Shown here: piece by piece, positions 51,621 through 64,000 of the stretch | Numbering within the stretch: the stretch's first letter is position 1 | How the letters are laid out: every line of letters starts with the position of its first letter | Source of the DNA: Octopus sinensis | Taxonomy: Eukaryota | Assembly: GCF_006345805.1 (NCBI RefSeq) | Contig: NC_043000.1 | Coordinates: 91,326,001-91,390,000 of the forward strand | DNA length: 64,000 nt | Direction of reading: 5' to 3' | Notes under the pieces: model-generated | What the model saw: only the letters and a program-made list of their open reading frames with translations | Databases searched by the model: none | Told to the model about the DNA's origin: nothing | Made by a program: the position numbers and the translations under genes

Positions 51621-51921
51621 CTCTATAGTTGTGATATTCTAAAGGTGGTACTGTAATAATGGTAGAAGAAATTCTTTTATTATTCTATTTGTATTCGAGT
51701 GTCGAAGTTGTAGTGGTAGTTGTAAAGTGGTAGCTAATGTAGCGGCAGTGGGAGTTACAGTAGGAGATCTAAAGGCAGTGGGAGTAGTTGCTGTGGTTGT
51801 TGTGCAACATTTAGTTGTGTCGTTGTGAAACTAGTATTGTCGAATTATAGTACTGAAAAGAAATGAAAGGAAGTGTGCGTATCTATCTACCTATCTATCT
51901 ATCTATCCAATATAATACATA

Positions 51922-52177
51922 TATTTTATAAAAAATAAAGTAAATTTTGAATGCGATATAGCTGTGAAAAAAGCCTAGAAAATTGGATTAATACCCATAG
52001 AAGACGGAAAATAGTTATCAGTAGGTGGCTACAGAGAAACGAAAGCGGTACAGGGTTCATTTCTCCATAACCACCTGCTGGTAACCTTTTTCCAGCTTCT
52101 AGGTGTATTTGACCCAATTTTCTAGGAAGTTTCATAGCTATCCCGCATTCGGAATTTACTTTGTTTTCCATAAAATA
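51922..52177. repeat. 256-bp imperfect fold-back palindrome with a 12-nt loop
   Basis: Nested pairs: TATTTTAT/ATAAAATA, AAAGTAAATT/AATTTACTTT, GAATGCG/CGCATTC, ATAGCT/AGCTAT, CCTAGAAAATTGG/CCAATTTTCTAGG, CAGTAGGTGG/CCACCTGCTG, GAGAAA/TTTCTC. Confidence 0.85.
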
Positions 52178-52578
52178 CCAACCCACTTAACACTTCTCAG
52201 CTTATTTATAAGAAGTGTATATATATATATATATATTTTAATGCCCTCTACTGCATTTTTGTTCCATATATATATATATTTCGGTTTCGCTCTACAAAAT
52301 CCAGTCACAAGGTTTTGGAGAGGTGTGTAGATGACACTTGCCTAAGGAACTATGTGACTGGAAATTTCTAACTACATAGCTACAACTATAATTTTCTCTA
52401 TTCGTAGTTTTTGTTGTCAAATACTCTGAATTTTACAACATTCTTCCAAAGGGATACCTGTCATGCATGACGATTTACCTAGATCTGTATTCTACTTACA
52501 TTTACTGGTATCTAATTGTTGAATATTTTTAACCAAATTCTTTTAATTAGTGCCAAGATTCTTACTCCATTTTTGTCT

Positions 52579-52693
<115 letters not shown>

Positions 52694-52849
52694 GTTAATA
52701 ATAAGGGTGAGGTGGTTGAAACCTTTTGGATTAACTGGTGCTAGAGTGAGCCATATAGTGACCACTCTCTTATATTTATTTATATTATATTATATATAGC
52801 ATATATATGTATGGGTGGGTGTTTGTATGTATATATGTATGTGTATATA

Positions 52850-52884
<35 letters not shown>

Positions 52885-55283
52885 TTATTACATTATATAA
52901 AAGGGCTTAGTAAAATAAATTACTTTGCCGCATACTGAACTCATTAGAAATAGCAGCTAAAAAACTTTTTTAAGGCTATTTCTAATACTTAAAGAAAATC
53001 TCTCTCATATATAGTGTTTGCATAATTTAACTCACAAAAGTTTGGGGGTAATGACATCGAAAAATCAAATGCTAAGGTTATTCGAGAACGTTTTGCCCTC
53101 AATTGTTGAAATTATAATTAATCTCCCTCTGATTAATGCTTCGGACTTTACCGAAATAAGCATAGAGTTTGATGATTTTAACCCACGCTGGTGGAAAGGG
53201 GAGAACAGAGATTCTTCGCTTGCTTATTTTGAATTTGTTGACACTGTTAGTTGGGAGCAGATCTTCGAGAGGGTATGTTCTTATTTTCAGTGTTTCCAAA
53301 TCCAAACCAAGGAATTTCCGAGCCGATGATAGAAATGTTGTTTTGACTAATCTTGAAACGTACGTTCTCGAATAACCTTAGCATTTGATTTTTCGATGTC
53401 ATTACCCCCAAACTTTTGTGAGTTAAATTATGCAAACACTATATATGAGAGAGATTTTCTTTAAGTATTAGAAATAGCCTTAAAAAAGTTTTTTAGCTGC
53501 TATTTCTAATGAGTTCAGTATGCGGCAAGTAATTTATTTTACAGCCCTTTTAATATAATGTAATAATTTGAATTCGCCTTGAATGGTCCCCTTGCATACT
53601 GAACACTTGGTGAAATTGATTAATAATTAATAATTTTGCCCTCAATTGTTGAAATTATAATTAATCTCCCTCTGATTAATGCTTCGGACTTTACCGAAAT
53701 AAGCATAGAGTTTGATGATTTTAACCCACGCTGGTGGAAAGGGGAGAACAGAGATTCTTCGCTTGCTTATTTTGAATTTGTTGACACTGTTAGTTGGGAG
53801 CAGATCTTCGAGAGGGTATGTTCTTATTTTCAGTGTTTCCAAATCCAAACCAAGGAATTTCCGAGCCGATGATAGAAATGTTGTTTTGACTAATCTTGAA
53901 ACGTACGTTCTCGAATAACCTTAGCATTTGATTTTTCGATGTCATTACCCCCAAACTTTTGTGAGTTAAATTATGCAAACACTATATATGAGAGAGATTT
54001 TCTTTAAGTATTAGAAATAGCCTTAAAAAAGTTTTTTAGCTGCTATTTCTAATGAGTTCAGTATGCGGCAAAGTAATTTATTTTACTAAGCCCTTTTATA
54101 TAATGTAATAATTTGAATTCGCCTTGAATGGTCCCTTTGCATACTGAACACTTGGTGAAATTGATTAATAATTAATTAATTTTGCCCTCAATTGTTGAAA
54201 TTATATTAATCTCCCTCTGATTAATGCTTCGGACTTTACCGAAATAAGCATAGAGTTTGATGATTTTAACCCACGCTGGTGGAAAGGGGAGAACAGAGAT
54301 TCTTCGCTTGCTTATTTTGAATTTGTTGACACTGTTAGTTGGGAGCAGATCTTCGAGAGGGTATGTTCTTATTTTCAGTGTTTCCAAATCCAAACCAAGG
54401 AATTTCCGAGCCGATGATAGAAATGTTGTTTTGACTAATCTTGAAACGTACGTTCTCGAATAACCTTAGCATTTGATTTTTCGATGTCATTACCCCCAAA
54501 CTTTTGTGAGTAAATTATGCAAACACTATATATGAGAGAGATTTTCTTTAAGTATTAGAAATAGCCTTAAAAAAGTTTTTTAGCTGCTATTTCTAATGAG
54601 TTCAGTATGCGGCAAAGTAATTTATTTTACTAAGCCCTTTTATATAATGTAATAATTTGAATTCGCCTTGAATGGTCCCTTTGCATACTGAACACTTGGT
54701 GAAATTGATTAATAATTAATTAATTTTGCCCTCAATTGTTGAATTATAATTAATCTCCCTCTGATTAATGCTTCGGACTTTACCAAATAAGCATAGAGTT
54801 TGATGATTTTAACCCACGCTGGTGGAAAGGGGAGAACAGAGATTCTTCGCTTGCTTATTTTGAATTTGTTGACACTGTTAGTTGGGAGCAGATCTTCGAG
54901 AGGGTATGTTCTTATTTTCAGTGTTTCCAAATCCAAACCAAGGAATTTCCGAGCCGATGATAGAAATGTTGTTTTGACTAATCTTGAAACGTACGTTCTC
55001 GAATAACCTTAGCATTTGATTTTTCGATGTCATTACCCCCAAACTTTTGTGAGTTAAATTATGCAAACACTATATATGAGAGAGATTTTCTTTAAGTATT
55101 AGAAATAGCCTTAAAAAAGTTTTTTAGCTGCTATTTCTAATGAGTTCAGTATGCGGCAAAGTAATTTATTTTACTAAGCCCTTTTATATAATGTAATAAT
55201 TTGAATTCGCCTTGAATGGTCCCTTTGCATACTGAACACTTGGTGAAATTGATTAATAATTAATTAATTTTGCCCTCAATTGT
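52885..55283 (+). repeat. Tandem array of 4 x 543-546 bp units preceded by a 205-bp inverted partial unit, with (TA)n on both flanks
   Basis: TTTGCCCTCAATTG (G at 53095, 53638, 54184, 54728, 55272); 52885-53090 is the reverse complement of 53363-53566; units nearly identical. Confidence 0.95.
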
Positions 55284-55957
55284 ATATATATATATATATA
55301 CATATATACATACACACACACACACACATACGTATGTATGTATTTATGTATGTATGTGTGATTGTGTGTGTATGTGTGAGTATGTGTGCAAGTCTATTCA
55401 ATAGTAAGCTTTGATGAAACATACTCTATCAGAAGTGTTCAGTTGAGTGTTCCTTTTAACAAACCGTTCCTACAGTGCTGTTGCATTATATTCATATCAT
55501 TGAAGCAAGGGCAGTCTAGATTATTACAAAAATGAGTTGCATATTATCAAGATAATCACAAAGTAAAATGTTGATGTATTTAATGCTTTTGATATGTATG
55601 TTTCGAGAAGTTACGTAAGATAACTTTTATGCAATACATTTCAGAGTATGTATGTGTGTGTGTATGTGCACGCGCACGTGCATGGGTGTGTGTGTACGTG
55701 CATGTATGTATATGTCTTTCAGAGATGTACTTTGTACTTGTCTGAAATGTGATTTCATTTCAGGTCATGTGTTGAAACTAAAACAATTACAGAGTGCAGT
55801 CACTTTTGTTTTCTTTTCTTTTCTTTTCTTTTTCCATACTGGACATCTCTGACGATTGCAGTTATTAGATAATCATCTGATTACCCGATGTATTGTGAAA
55901 CCAATTGGCAAGATTGACTGCAATAGAAATATGATAGCGTATACTTTGATTAATGTA

Positions 55958-56190
55958 GAGGCGCGTAGCTTAGTGGTTAGCGTGTCAGTATCATGATCGT
56001 AAGATTGTGGTTTCGATTTCTGGACCGGGCGACGCGTTGTGTTCTTGAGCAAAACACTTCATTTCACGTTGCTCCAGTCCACTCAGCTGGCAAAAATGAG
56101 TAACGCTGCGTTGGACTGGCGTCCCGTCCAGCTGGGGAACACATACGCCATAGAAACCGGGCCCATGAGCCTGGCTAGGCTTTAAAAGGG
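55958..56190 (+). mobile_element. tRNA-derived SINE family C
   Basis: AGGCGCGTAGCTTAGTGGTTAG...GGTTTCGATTTCT...TGTGTTCTTGAGCAAAACACTTCATTTCACG. Confidence 0.85.
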
Positions 56191-57045
56191 CGCATTTATT
56201 ATTATTTATTATACTTTGATTAACACACACGTATATGTGAGTATGTATCTCAGTTAAAAGGATTCGTTAAGAATCAAGACAGCAATGTGTAGGACGTTAC
56301 CATGTATACGTTTGTGTGTGTGATAAAGACACTATATCTATAAAAGTGCCTCATTGTTACAGCGTTGCCTTTAAGATAGTATTGGTGATTGTGTAAGTGT
56401 ATTTGTATGATTATGCATGTGCATGAGAGTGCGTAGAATTTCCGGAGTATTTATACATTATATACATTTTGATGTATATAATGTAGAACTGGGAGATTTT
56501 ACCTGGAATATGTTGTTTGCTTTGTACAAAGTTGCATACCTCCACGTGAAGCTTCTGAAATTCTTTAATCTTTCAATCTTTTTGCTTCATTACGGTCTTT
56601 GGCAAAGGGAACAAGCCTGGCTGCCAAAGGCGAATCATTGCGGCGAGGAGGTTACAGGTCAAAGAGCTGGCTGTTATTATAAAAGAACTTGTTGGCCAGA
56701 ATTTACCAATAGACTTGGTGAAAATTACTCATTTTCCTGCACACTAACTGCATATTTCTTTCAAACAACAGGTTTCCCTGCTTAATGTGATTTAAAGAAA
56801 AACTGTCGGACAAGCACTTAATTTCTACTTTATTTACGCAAAACTAATTTTCCGGGAAGAGAAATCCTATTTTATTTTAATTTACCTTATTTTGCTCTCT
56901 CCCTCTTCCCTCCTCTCTCTCTCTCTCACCATACCTCACTATTTCTCTCCACACCTCTCTCTCTCTCTCTCTCTCCCCACACCTCTCTCTCTGCCTCATT
57001 TTCTTTCTCTTTCACACTCACAGTCTGTATATTTGTGTGTCAAAC

Positions 57046-57115
<70 letters not shown>

Positions 57116-57212
57116 CAAGCATACAAGCACCTAATTTATATATATGTATGTGTACGTATAAATATATATATTTTTCTTCTTCTTCTTCTTCTTTTTATTA
57201 TTATTATTATTA

Positions 57213-57244
<32 letters not shown>

Positions 57245-57636
57245 ATTATTATTATTTCATTTACCTTTTTAACATCGTCATTGGAATCAATTCATAGAAA
57301 TAATATATTGAGTGTTAGTTTATGATGGTTGGCGTTATTGTAGGTTGTATTCTCTTGAGAATTAATTTGTCTATATAGCTCTCCTTCATGTCTTTATTCT
57401 GTCTATTAATTTATCCAAGTGTCTGTCATTTTATTTATCTCTTTATCAGTCAAATTGCTGGTTTCTCTGTTTGTCTACAGACCTATATATTAGTCATTTT
57501 ATTCTGCTAGCCTGTCCGACTGCCCGGCCTGTGAATTCATTTAGAATCGTTTTTCGACATCAGTGGCAGACGCCATTAGAAAAACTTATATATGTTTGCA
57601 AAGAGGCCTTCACTTTCATCGCGACCTGGTGGTTAC

Positions 57637-57679
57637 CGCCCGTTGACGAGGGACAACAATCCCGAAACTAGTTCGAGCG
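57637..57679 (+). ncRNA. Minimal type I hammerhead (C3U variant) at the tip of a rod spanning 57595-57722
   Basis: CGCCCG-UUGACGA-GGGA(CAACAA)UCCC-GAAA-CUAG-UU-CGAGCG; palindromic stem III ACUAGU; stem I 5 of 6 pairs and extended by several further helices. Confidence 0.7.
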
Positions 57680-57859
57680 TATCACTCAGGCTTGCGAGGA
57701 AGGGATGGCCTCCCTTTGCAAATACTCCAAGGACACTGATATTGTGTCTAGAGCCAGCTAGAGACGAAGATCTCTTGGGACTATAAAGCTACAGTAACAC
57801 CCCCTCCCCAATGTGGTTAGCCATGATAAGATGGCTTCTATACTTTACATCATCTTTAT

Positions 57860-58990
57860 TCTGTTTTCGTTCTAATAGACATTCGTTTGCCTTTCCCAGA
57901 GGCTTAATGCTTTTAGCTTAAATCCTTGGCACTCGCCGGATTCGAGCAGTCTCGGGGATAAAGGAGTGCGGAACTGCAAAGACGTTCCGGACATCGACTG
58001 AAGAAGAAATTGGCTGCGAATGTTCCGCGTATTTTGTTTTTGTCGTGTTTGACCTTTGTTATGTTATCGTCTATTTTCCAGCATGTTGTGTTTTGTTGAT
58101 TTCTGTTATTTGTGTTCTTTCTGTCCTACCTTTAATTTATCCATACGGCGCACTGGACAATCTGTTGTTTACTGTTAAAAAATATTCCCTCTCTCTCTTC
58201 CCCTCCCCTTCGTTCTCCAGTCCCTCTAATTTCATTTTGCATCTCCCTTATTCTTTAATTTCTTTCCCCATCCTTCTTTTTCTTCACTCCCTTTGCTTTC
58301 TTTCCTCGTATGTCCCCCTTGTACCTTTTGTTCTCCCTCTCCCTCTCCCTCTCTCTTCCCCTCCTCTCATTCTTTAATCCTTCTGATTTCTTACCATTCT
58401 CTCCTATTCCTTAGTCCCTCTGCTCTCTTCAACTCTTTCCCTCTCCGGCCACGTGGTCGCTCTCCGGCTAAGGCATTGTCACCCTTTCTCGACCAGCCGC
58501 CTTTCAGGCTGGTCACGTTTGTCTGTCCTCACGCCCGGTCTGTTAAACTTTTCCATTTCACCTTTGCGCCAGCTTACTACGTTCGTCTGATAGTTGAAAG
58601 ACCATTCTTAAAATTTATTTATGTTATAATTTTACAATTATTTCCATCTGGTTGTATAACCGAAGGGTGTTTGTCCATTGTATTTGTATAATTCTAACTT
58701 TCTCGTTTTTGTTCTTCTATACATTCGTTTGCCTTTCCCACAGGCTTAATTCTTTTAGCTTAAGTCCCTGGCACTCGCCGGATTCGAGCAGTCACAGGGA
58801 TAAAGGAATGCGAAAATGCAAAGACGTTCTGGACACCAACTGAGGAGAAAATCGACTGTTTTTTTGTTTTTGCCCTATTTGCCGTTTGTTATGTTAGCGT
58901 CTATTTTGCCGCATGTTGTGTTTTGTTGATTTCCGCTATTTGTGTTCTTTCTGTCATACGTGTGATTTATCCATGCAGTGCACCGTACAA
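57860..58990 (+). repeat. Two diverged copies of an element of about 300 bp (57860-58170 and 58700-58990) separated by a CT-rich spacer
   Basis: ACATTCGTTTGCCTTTCCC...GGCACTCGCCGGATTCGAGCAGTC...GCATGTTGTGTTTTGTTGATTT in both; the second copy ends at (TA)n. Confidence 0.85.
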
Positions 58991-58997
58991 CGTGTTG

Positions 58998-59028
<31 letters not shown>

Positions 59029-59538
59029 TACTCTTTTACTTGTTTCAGTCATTTGACTGCGGCCATACCGCAGCACCGCATTTAGTCGAGCAAATCGACC
59101 CCAGGACTTATTCTTTGTAAGCCTAGTACTTATTCTATCGGTCTCTTTTGACGAACCGCTAGGTTACGAGACGTAAACACACCAGCATCGGTTGTCAAGC
59201 GATGTTGGGGGTACACACACACGTGTTTCTCCTCTACCACTCTCCTGTCTTTGAAAGAAATACTCTCCTGTCTTTGAAAAAACCTTTCTTCACCCATTTC
59301 CTTCCGGTCTTTCAAAATGTGACCGCGTGTGTACCGTTGGCGATTTTTTCCCCTCTGTCTTCCCTTCTCTGGATCTTTCCTTCTCCTATGTTTCCGACGA
59401 AGAGCTCCGCTCGAAACATTAAACCCTCTTTCTTTCCTGAGCGTCCAATAATACTATATTTGTTCCATGTCCTCGCGTTGTTGTGTTTTTTTGTGCTTTC
59501 TTGTTTGGATTAACTTTATTTATATATATATATAATAT

Positions 59539-59589
<51 letters not shown>

Positions 59590-59752
59590 GACGGGTTTCT
59601 TTCAGTTTGCGTCTACCAAATCCACTCACAAGGCTTTGGGCGGCCCGAGGCTATAGTAGAAAACACTTGCCCAAGGTGCCACGCAGTGGGACTGAATCCA
59701 GAACCATGTGATTGGTAAGCAAGCTACTTACCACACAGCCACTCTTGCACCT
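59029..59752 (-). mobile_element. SINE family A interrupted by a Penelope-like terminus
   Basis: Tail at 59029-59215, insertion at 59215-59520 plus (TA)n, head at 59588-59752. Confidence 0.85.
59215..59520 (+). mobile_element. Penelope-like 3' terminus with a degenerate minimal hammerhead (59390-59424)
   Basis: GTTT-CCGACGA-A-GAGC(TCC)GCTC-GAAAC-ATT-AAAC; then TTCCTGAGCGTCCAATAATACT; ends GGATTAAC...(TA)n. Confidence 0.7.
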
Positions 59753-59809
59753 ATTAGAATATGTACCGCCGTAGCTAGTTCATATGTACTGCCGTAGCTA
59801 TATATATAT

Positions 59810-59840
<31 letters not shown>

Positions 59841-60319
59841 TAAATGTATGTATGTATGTATGTATACATTTTGTATTTGAAATGAATACCAGTATGCTGT
59901 TTATGCAATCATATCTTAGCTACTACTTTTTTTTTAGTTTTATTTTATTTAGAAGTGTTTAATTTCCCAGAATGTCTTAGTTTAAACATTTATGATTATG
60001 TCAGTATGCAAAGACCGATTTCAGGACTATGGAAAATAGTTTATACAGTATCATGAAATATAATTTCATTTGAAATTACGTTTTCTGAAGTGGTTGATAC
60101 TTGATAGAAGATAAAGTTCAGATGTCTACATATTCTTCGTCATACATTTATATCCTCAACTATCTTGAATGCTGTTACCTATAATTTTACACTTGTGACA
60201 ACAAGCAGACAATCTTAAGTATGGAATGAACCTGAAGATTTAACTTCTTGATTTTATTATTTTGTCATGTTATGACGAAATTGGTAATACTTTAATATCT
60301 TATTATGGTTTAATACATG

Positions 60320-60510
60320 TACTCTTTTACTTGTTTCAGTCATTTGACTGTGGCTATGCTGGAGCACCGCCTTTAGTCGAGCAAATCGACCCCAGGACTT
60401 ATTCTTTGTAAGCCTAGTACTTATTCTATCAATTTTTTTTGCCGAACCGCTACGTTACAGAGACATAAACACACCAGCCTCGGTTGTCAAGTGATGTTGG
60501 GGTACAAACA
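60320..60510 (-). mobile_element. SINE family A, 3' half
   Basis: TACTCTTTTACTTGTTTCAGTCATTTGACTG...GGTTGTCAAGTGATGTTGGGG. Confidence 0.85.
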
Positions 60511-60843
60511 CAGGCACACAAACGTATACACACACATACATACATATATGTATGTATTGGATATTGGAATATTACACATACATACCATTATGCCTATAAA
60601 ACGGATTTACGAATTCAATACCCATACATATCTTACATCTATTTCCTTTCCTCCACCTCACTCTCTATTTTGTATCACATCGAAACTTACTATGACTTAA
60701 TTTTTCCTCTCACACCATCTCCGATGAAGGGATATTATTAATTATTATCCTAGAAACAGCTATACGACCTTCTATCTATAAATGCTCTAATATCTATACA
60801 GCCTTTTTTTTTATCTCATTACTCAAAAAATTCTTATATTATA

Positions 60844-60889
<46 letters not shown>

Positions 60890-60891
<2 letters not shown>

Positions 60892-61755
60892 CGGGAAGCT
60901 TTATGAAAATAAACAAAGACGAAGGCAGGTATTAGTATTAGTATGACGCTCAGGAATATAAATAAAACAAGTCTTTTACGTTTCGAGCCTACGCTCTTCA
61001 ACAGAAAGATACACAGAAAAGAAACACGGAGAGAAACAAGGAGAGAAAAAAATGCGTGCAGAAGCTAGCGATTCAACATGGCGATCTGATTCTGGCCAGA
61101 AGTCAGAGATCAAACGTGAGACGCAAGAGCTAAAATGACTTCGCCCCAACATAAGGGTGCGTGTGTATGAGAGAGTATGTAGTGTGTATGAAAGGTCTGG
61201 ACGTGTGTATGTATGATGTGATGTGTAATGTCGTATGGTGTAGTGTAGAGAGAGGAGATGAGGGGGAGAGTGGAGGAGGAGGGAGAAGAGGGGGAGGAGA
61301 TGAGTGGAAGAGGGGAGGAGAGATTGGGGGAGGGGAAAGAGGGGAGGGGGAGAGGGGGAGAAGGAAAGAGGAGAATAGGAGGGAGAAGAGGAAAGGTGAG
61401 AGTGAGGAGGGGAGATGAGGGGGAGAAGGAAAGAAGGAGAGGTGAGGGTGAGATGAGATACGGGGGAGGGTGAGAGGGGGGAAGGAAAGAGGAGAAGAGG
61501 AGAGGGTGGGAAAGGAGGGGAGAGGAGGAGGGGGACGATAGGGGAGGAAGAAGGGGAGTGAGGGAGCAGAAAGAAGGGGAAGAGAGAAGACGGGAAAAGG
61601 AGGGAAAGAGAGTAGGGGTGAAAAGATGAAGGACCGAAGAGAAGCAGGAGTCGGGGGGAGGTTAGATGAGGAGGGGGAGAGTTGAGACCAAATGGCGTAA
61701 AAGAGCGAAGAGAGAAGATTAAATCCTGTTCACGGCGCAAACGGGAATCCGGATG
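60890..61755 (-). mobile_element. Second Penelope-like 3' fragment (end of GIY-YIG, CT-rich spacer, terminus)
   Basis: HPDSRLRREQDLIFSLRSFTPFGLN; terminus nearly identical to 36440-36718; ends at (TA)n. Confidence 0.92.
60972..61009 (-). ncRNA. Minimal PLE-type hammerhead, CUGUUGA core, GUA triplet
   Basis: UCUUU-CUGUUGA-A-GAGC(GUAG)GCUC-GAAAC-GUA-AAAGA. Confidence 0.65.
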
Positions 61756-61842
61756 TATGTATGTATGTATGTATGTATGTATGTATGTATGCATGTATAT
61801 ATGTATGTATGTATGTATGTATATATGTATATATATATAGAT

Positions 61843-62499
61843 AAGGGCAAGCAACAGGTTGCTTAGCCACATACCGAAAAATTAGAAATCGCAGTCAAAG
61901 ACCGCTTATTTCTATTTTCTACAAGTATAACTCCACATACAATATATACATGTGACTCACATATGTAAAACAAGGAAATATAACGAAAACACGGTCTTCG
62001 GTTAGTTTATGGACGCGTTTCTGGATTGGGATTATAAATCAATTCATTTCCTCCTTCGGCGCAACATTCCGTTTAATAGATTTTGCAAATGCTATACATA
62101 CCTCCAGTTTCCCGAACTAGCGTCATCGGAGATAGTAGGAGATAGCCAGCATAGGCTAAATCCATAGAGACGAATGAATTCGTACTTTCCCTCCAAAATT
62201 TTACCATGTGCGTCACAAAAATAGTTCCTTAGAAATAGAACTATGGATTGTCATAAGGGAGTGAAAAATTCCATTATTAATAATATAAGGGTAAATAATT
62301 ATAATTTTTAAAAAAACAACAACAATTATTTCCGGCTAGATTTCAGTATGGAAATATAACCATTATCGGTAGGAACTTTTAAAAAAAAGTTATATATATA
62401 TATATAAAAGGGCAAGTAACAGGTTGCTTAGCCACATACCGAAAAATTAGAAATAGCAGTCAAAGACCGCTTATTTCTATTTTCTACAAGTATAACTCC
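61843..62499 (-). mobile_element. Element of about 1.16 units (period 565 bp, 92-bp direct terminal repeat) ending at (TA)n
   Basis: AAGGGCAAG...TTAGCCACATACCGAAAAATTAGAAAT...TATAACTCC at 61843-61934 and 62408-62499. Confidence 0.7.
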
Positions 62500-62504
62500 G
62501 ACAA

Positions 62505-62575
<71 letters not shown>

Positions 62576-62599
62576 TGAATATAATATAGTAATATAACA

Positions 62600-62940
62600 A
62601 TAATTCTTGGGTGGAGTTTATAAATATTTTAATGTATCGCAATGCACACTTCCACAAACCACGCATCTTTTAAGATCACAGTCTGTATTCTACCAGAGCT
62701 GTTGTTTATCCTTTTTTTAAAAGAAAAGGATAAACAACCCTCAGTTAAACATCCATTAATGCTACATCACCTAAAGAAATGAATTCATGAAGATCATCTA
62801 CCCTATGACTGCAGATACTACAAACTACACTGTAATCACCTCAGGAATACGGGCTGTGGTGTTAAGAGAATATCTTTTGTGGAAACGCGCGTAGCCATGC
62901 ATTAAAGTGTTTATAAATTCCATCCAAGGTTTATTGTTAT
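62600..62940 (-). pseudogene. Possible highly decayed Penelope-like linker fragment
   Basis: Minus-strand translation CDLKRCVVC fits the C-x3-R-C-x2-C linker of the PLE at 35.35 kb; nothing else is convincing. Confidence 0.25.
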
Positions 62941-62951
62941 TATTTCTACGC

Positions 62952-63352
62952 ATACAGGAGTGGCTGTGTGGCAAGTAGCTTGTTTACCAACCACATGGTT
63001 CCGGGTTCAGTCCCACTGCGTGGCACCTTGGGCAAGTGTATTCTACTATAGCCTCGGGCCGACCAAAGCCTTGTGAGTAGATTTGGTAGACGGAAACTGA
63101 AAGAAGCCCGTCGTATATATGTATATATGTATATGTATGTGTGTGTTTGTGTGTCTGTGTTTGTCCCCCTAGCATTGCTTGACAACCGATGCTGGTGTGT
63201 TTATGTCCCCGTCACTTAGCGGTTCAGCAAAAGAGAACGATAGAATAAGTACTGGGCTTACAAAGAATAAGTCCCGGGGTCGAGTTGCTCGATTAAAGGC
63301 GGTGCTGCAGCATGGCCGCAGTCAAATGACTGAAACAAGTAAAAGAAAAAAA
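62952..63352 (+). mobile_element. SINE family A, full length
   Basis: ACAGGAGTGGCTGTGTGGCAAG through TGACTGAAACAAGTAAAAG. Confidence 0.9.
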
Positions 63353-63402
63353 AAGAAAAAATACACACCCACACACATGCACATACACACACACACACAC
63401 AT

Positions 63403-63451
<49 letters not shown>

Positions 63452-64000
63452 TATATACACATATATAAAGATATCTATATATATTTAATCATTGCTAGTT
63501 AATAGTGAAAGTAGTAACGATAGTGATAACGGTGTTTGGAATATCAGTGGGAGAGAGCTGTGCTAGTAATGATAATAATGTCAGTGGTGGTGGTGGTGGT
63601 AGCGGTGGTGAGTGATGGAAGTAAAACATTATCACTGTCGGTAGTACATTGACGCCACTGAGGATAATGACGGTGGCTGGAGGGTGTAAAAGAGAAAATG
63701 ATGGGGGGTTGGGAAGGAGGATGAACAAATCTGTGGAATAGACGGAAAGACATCTAACTAAAATATATTAGACATAACACCATTTCAATTCCGACTAATT
63801 TCCGAAAGAACTGACCCCCACGCCTTGGCTCCTCTACCACCACCACCACCACCACCATCATCTTCTTTAATATCAGCTTCAGCGCCGTAACCTTAACACC
63901 GGACAGTCATCCAAGACTTTGGTTTTCTAATATGTGCTACATACATACACAACAACTGACTTTTCTATATAGCATAACATAATTTATCTTCATTTAGTGG

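Noticed and set aside
62701-62738. 15-bp perfect hairpin GTTGTTTATCCTTTT / AAAAGGATAAACAAC
   Set aside because: Isolated and AT-rich; no evidence of function; not a bacterial terminator context.

Overview
Repeat-saturated, AT-rich animal genomic DNA. The SINE families and the microsatellite load look like Octopus or another cephalopod (inference, not a database result). No host protein-coding exon can be supported; almost all ORFs in the track are translations of microsatellites. Recognisable contents: (1) a decayed R4/Dong-clade non-LTR retrotransposon (RT, CCHC, REL endonuclease) at about 39.9-43.0 kb plus a second 3' fragment, interleaved with a 550-bp noncoding element in (AAT)n tracts; (2) a 5'-truncated Penelope-like element (RT, C-x3-R-C-x2-C linker, GIY-YIG) at 34.5-36.7 kb with a second 3' copy at 60.9-61.8 kb; (3) mariner remnants, a Tc2-type MITE, non-autonomous Helitrons, fold-back elements and dozens of tRNA-derived SINEs. 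The most interesting signal is a set of hammerhead ribozymes (HHRs). A complete type I HHR with a GUC triplet sits in a 343-344 bp tandem monomer at 10.26-11.12 kb whose 5' boundary falls at the predicted self-cleavage site. A diverged homolog with compensatory stem changes lies at 1.67-1.91 kb. This is the profile of a non-LTR retrozyme, a candidate circular-RNA element. Further HHRs occur at Penelope termini and at the tip of a long rod at 57.6-57.7 kb. Three unrelated noncoding families share one architecture: head-to-head copies whose 3' ends both abut (TA)n. This suggests a Penelope-driven, (TA)n-targeting ecosystem of small RNA parasites. All structures were folded by eye and are untested.
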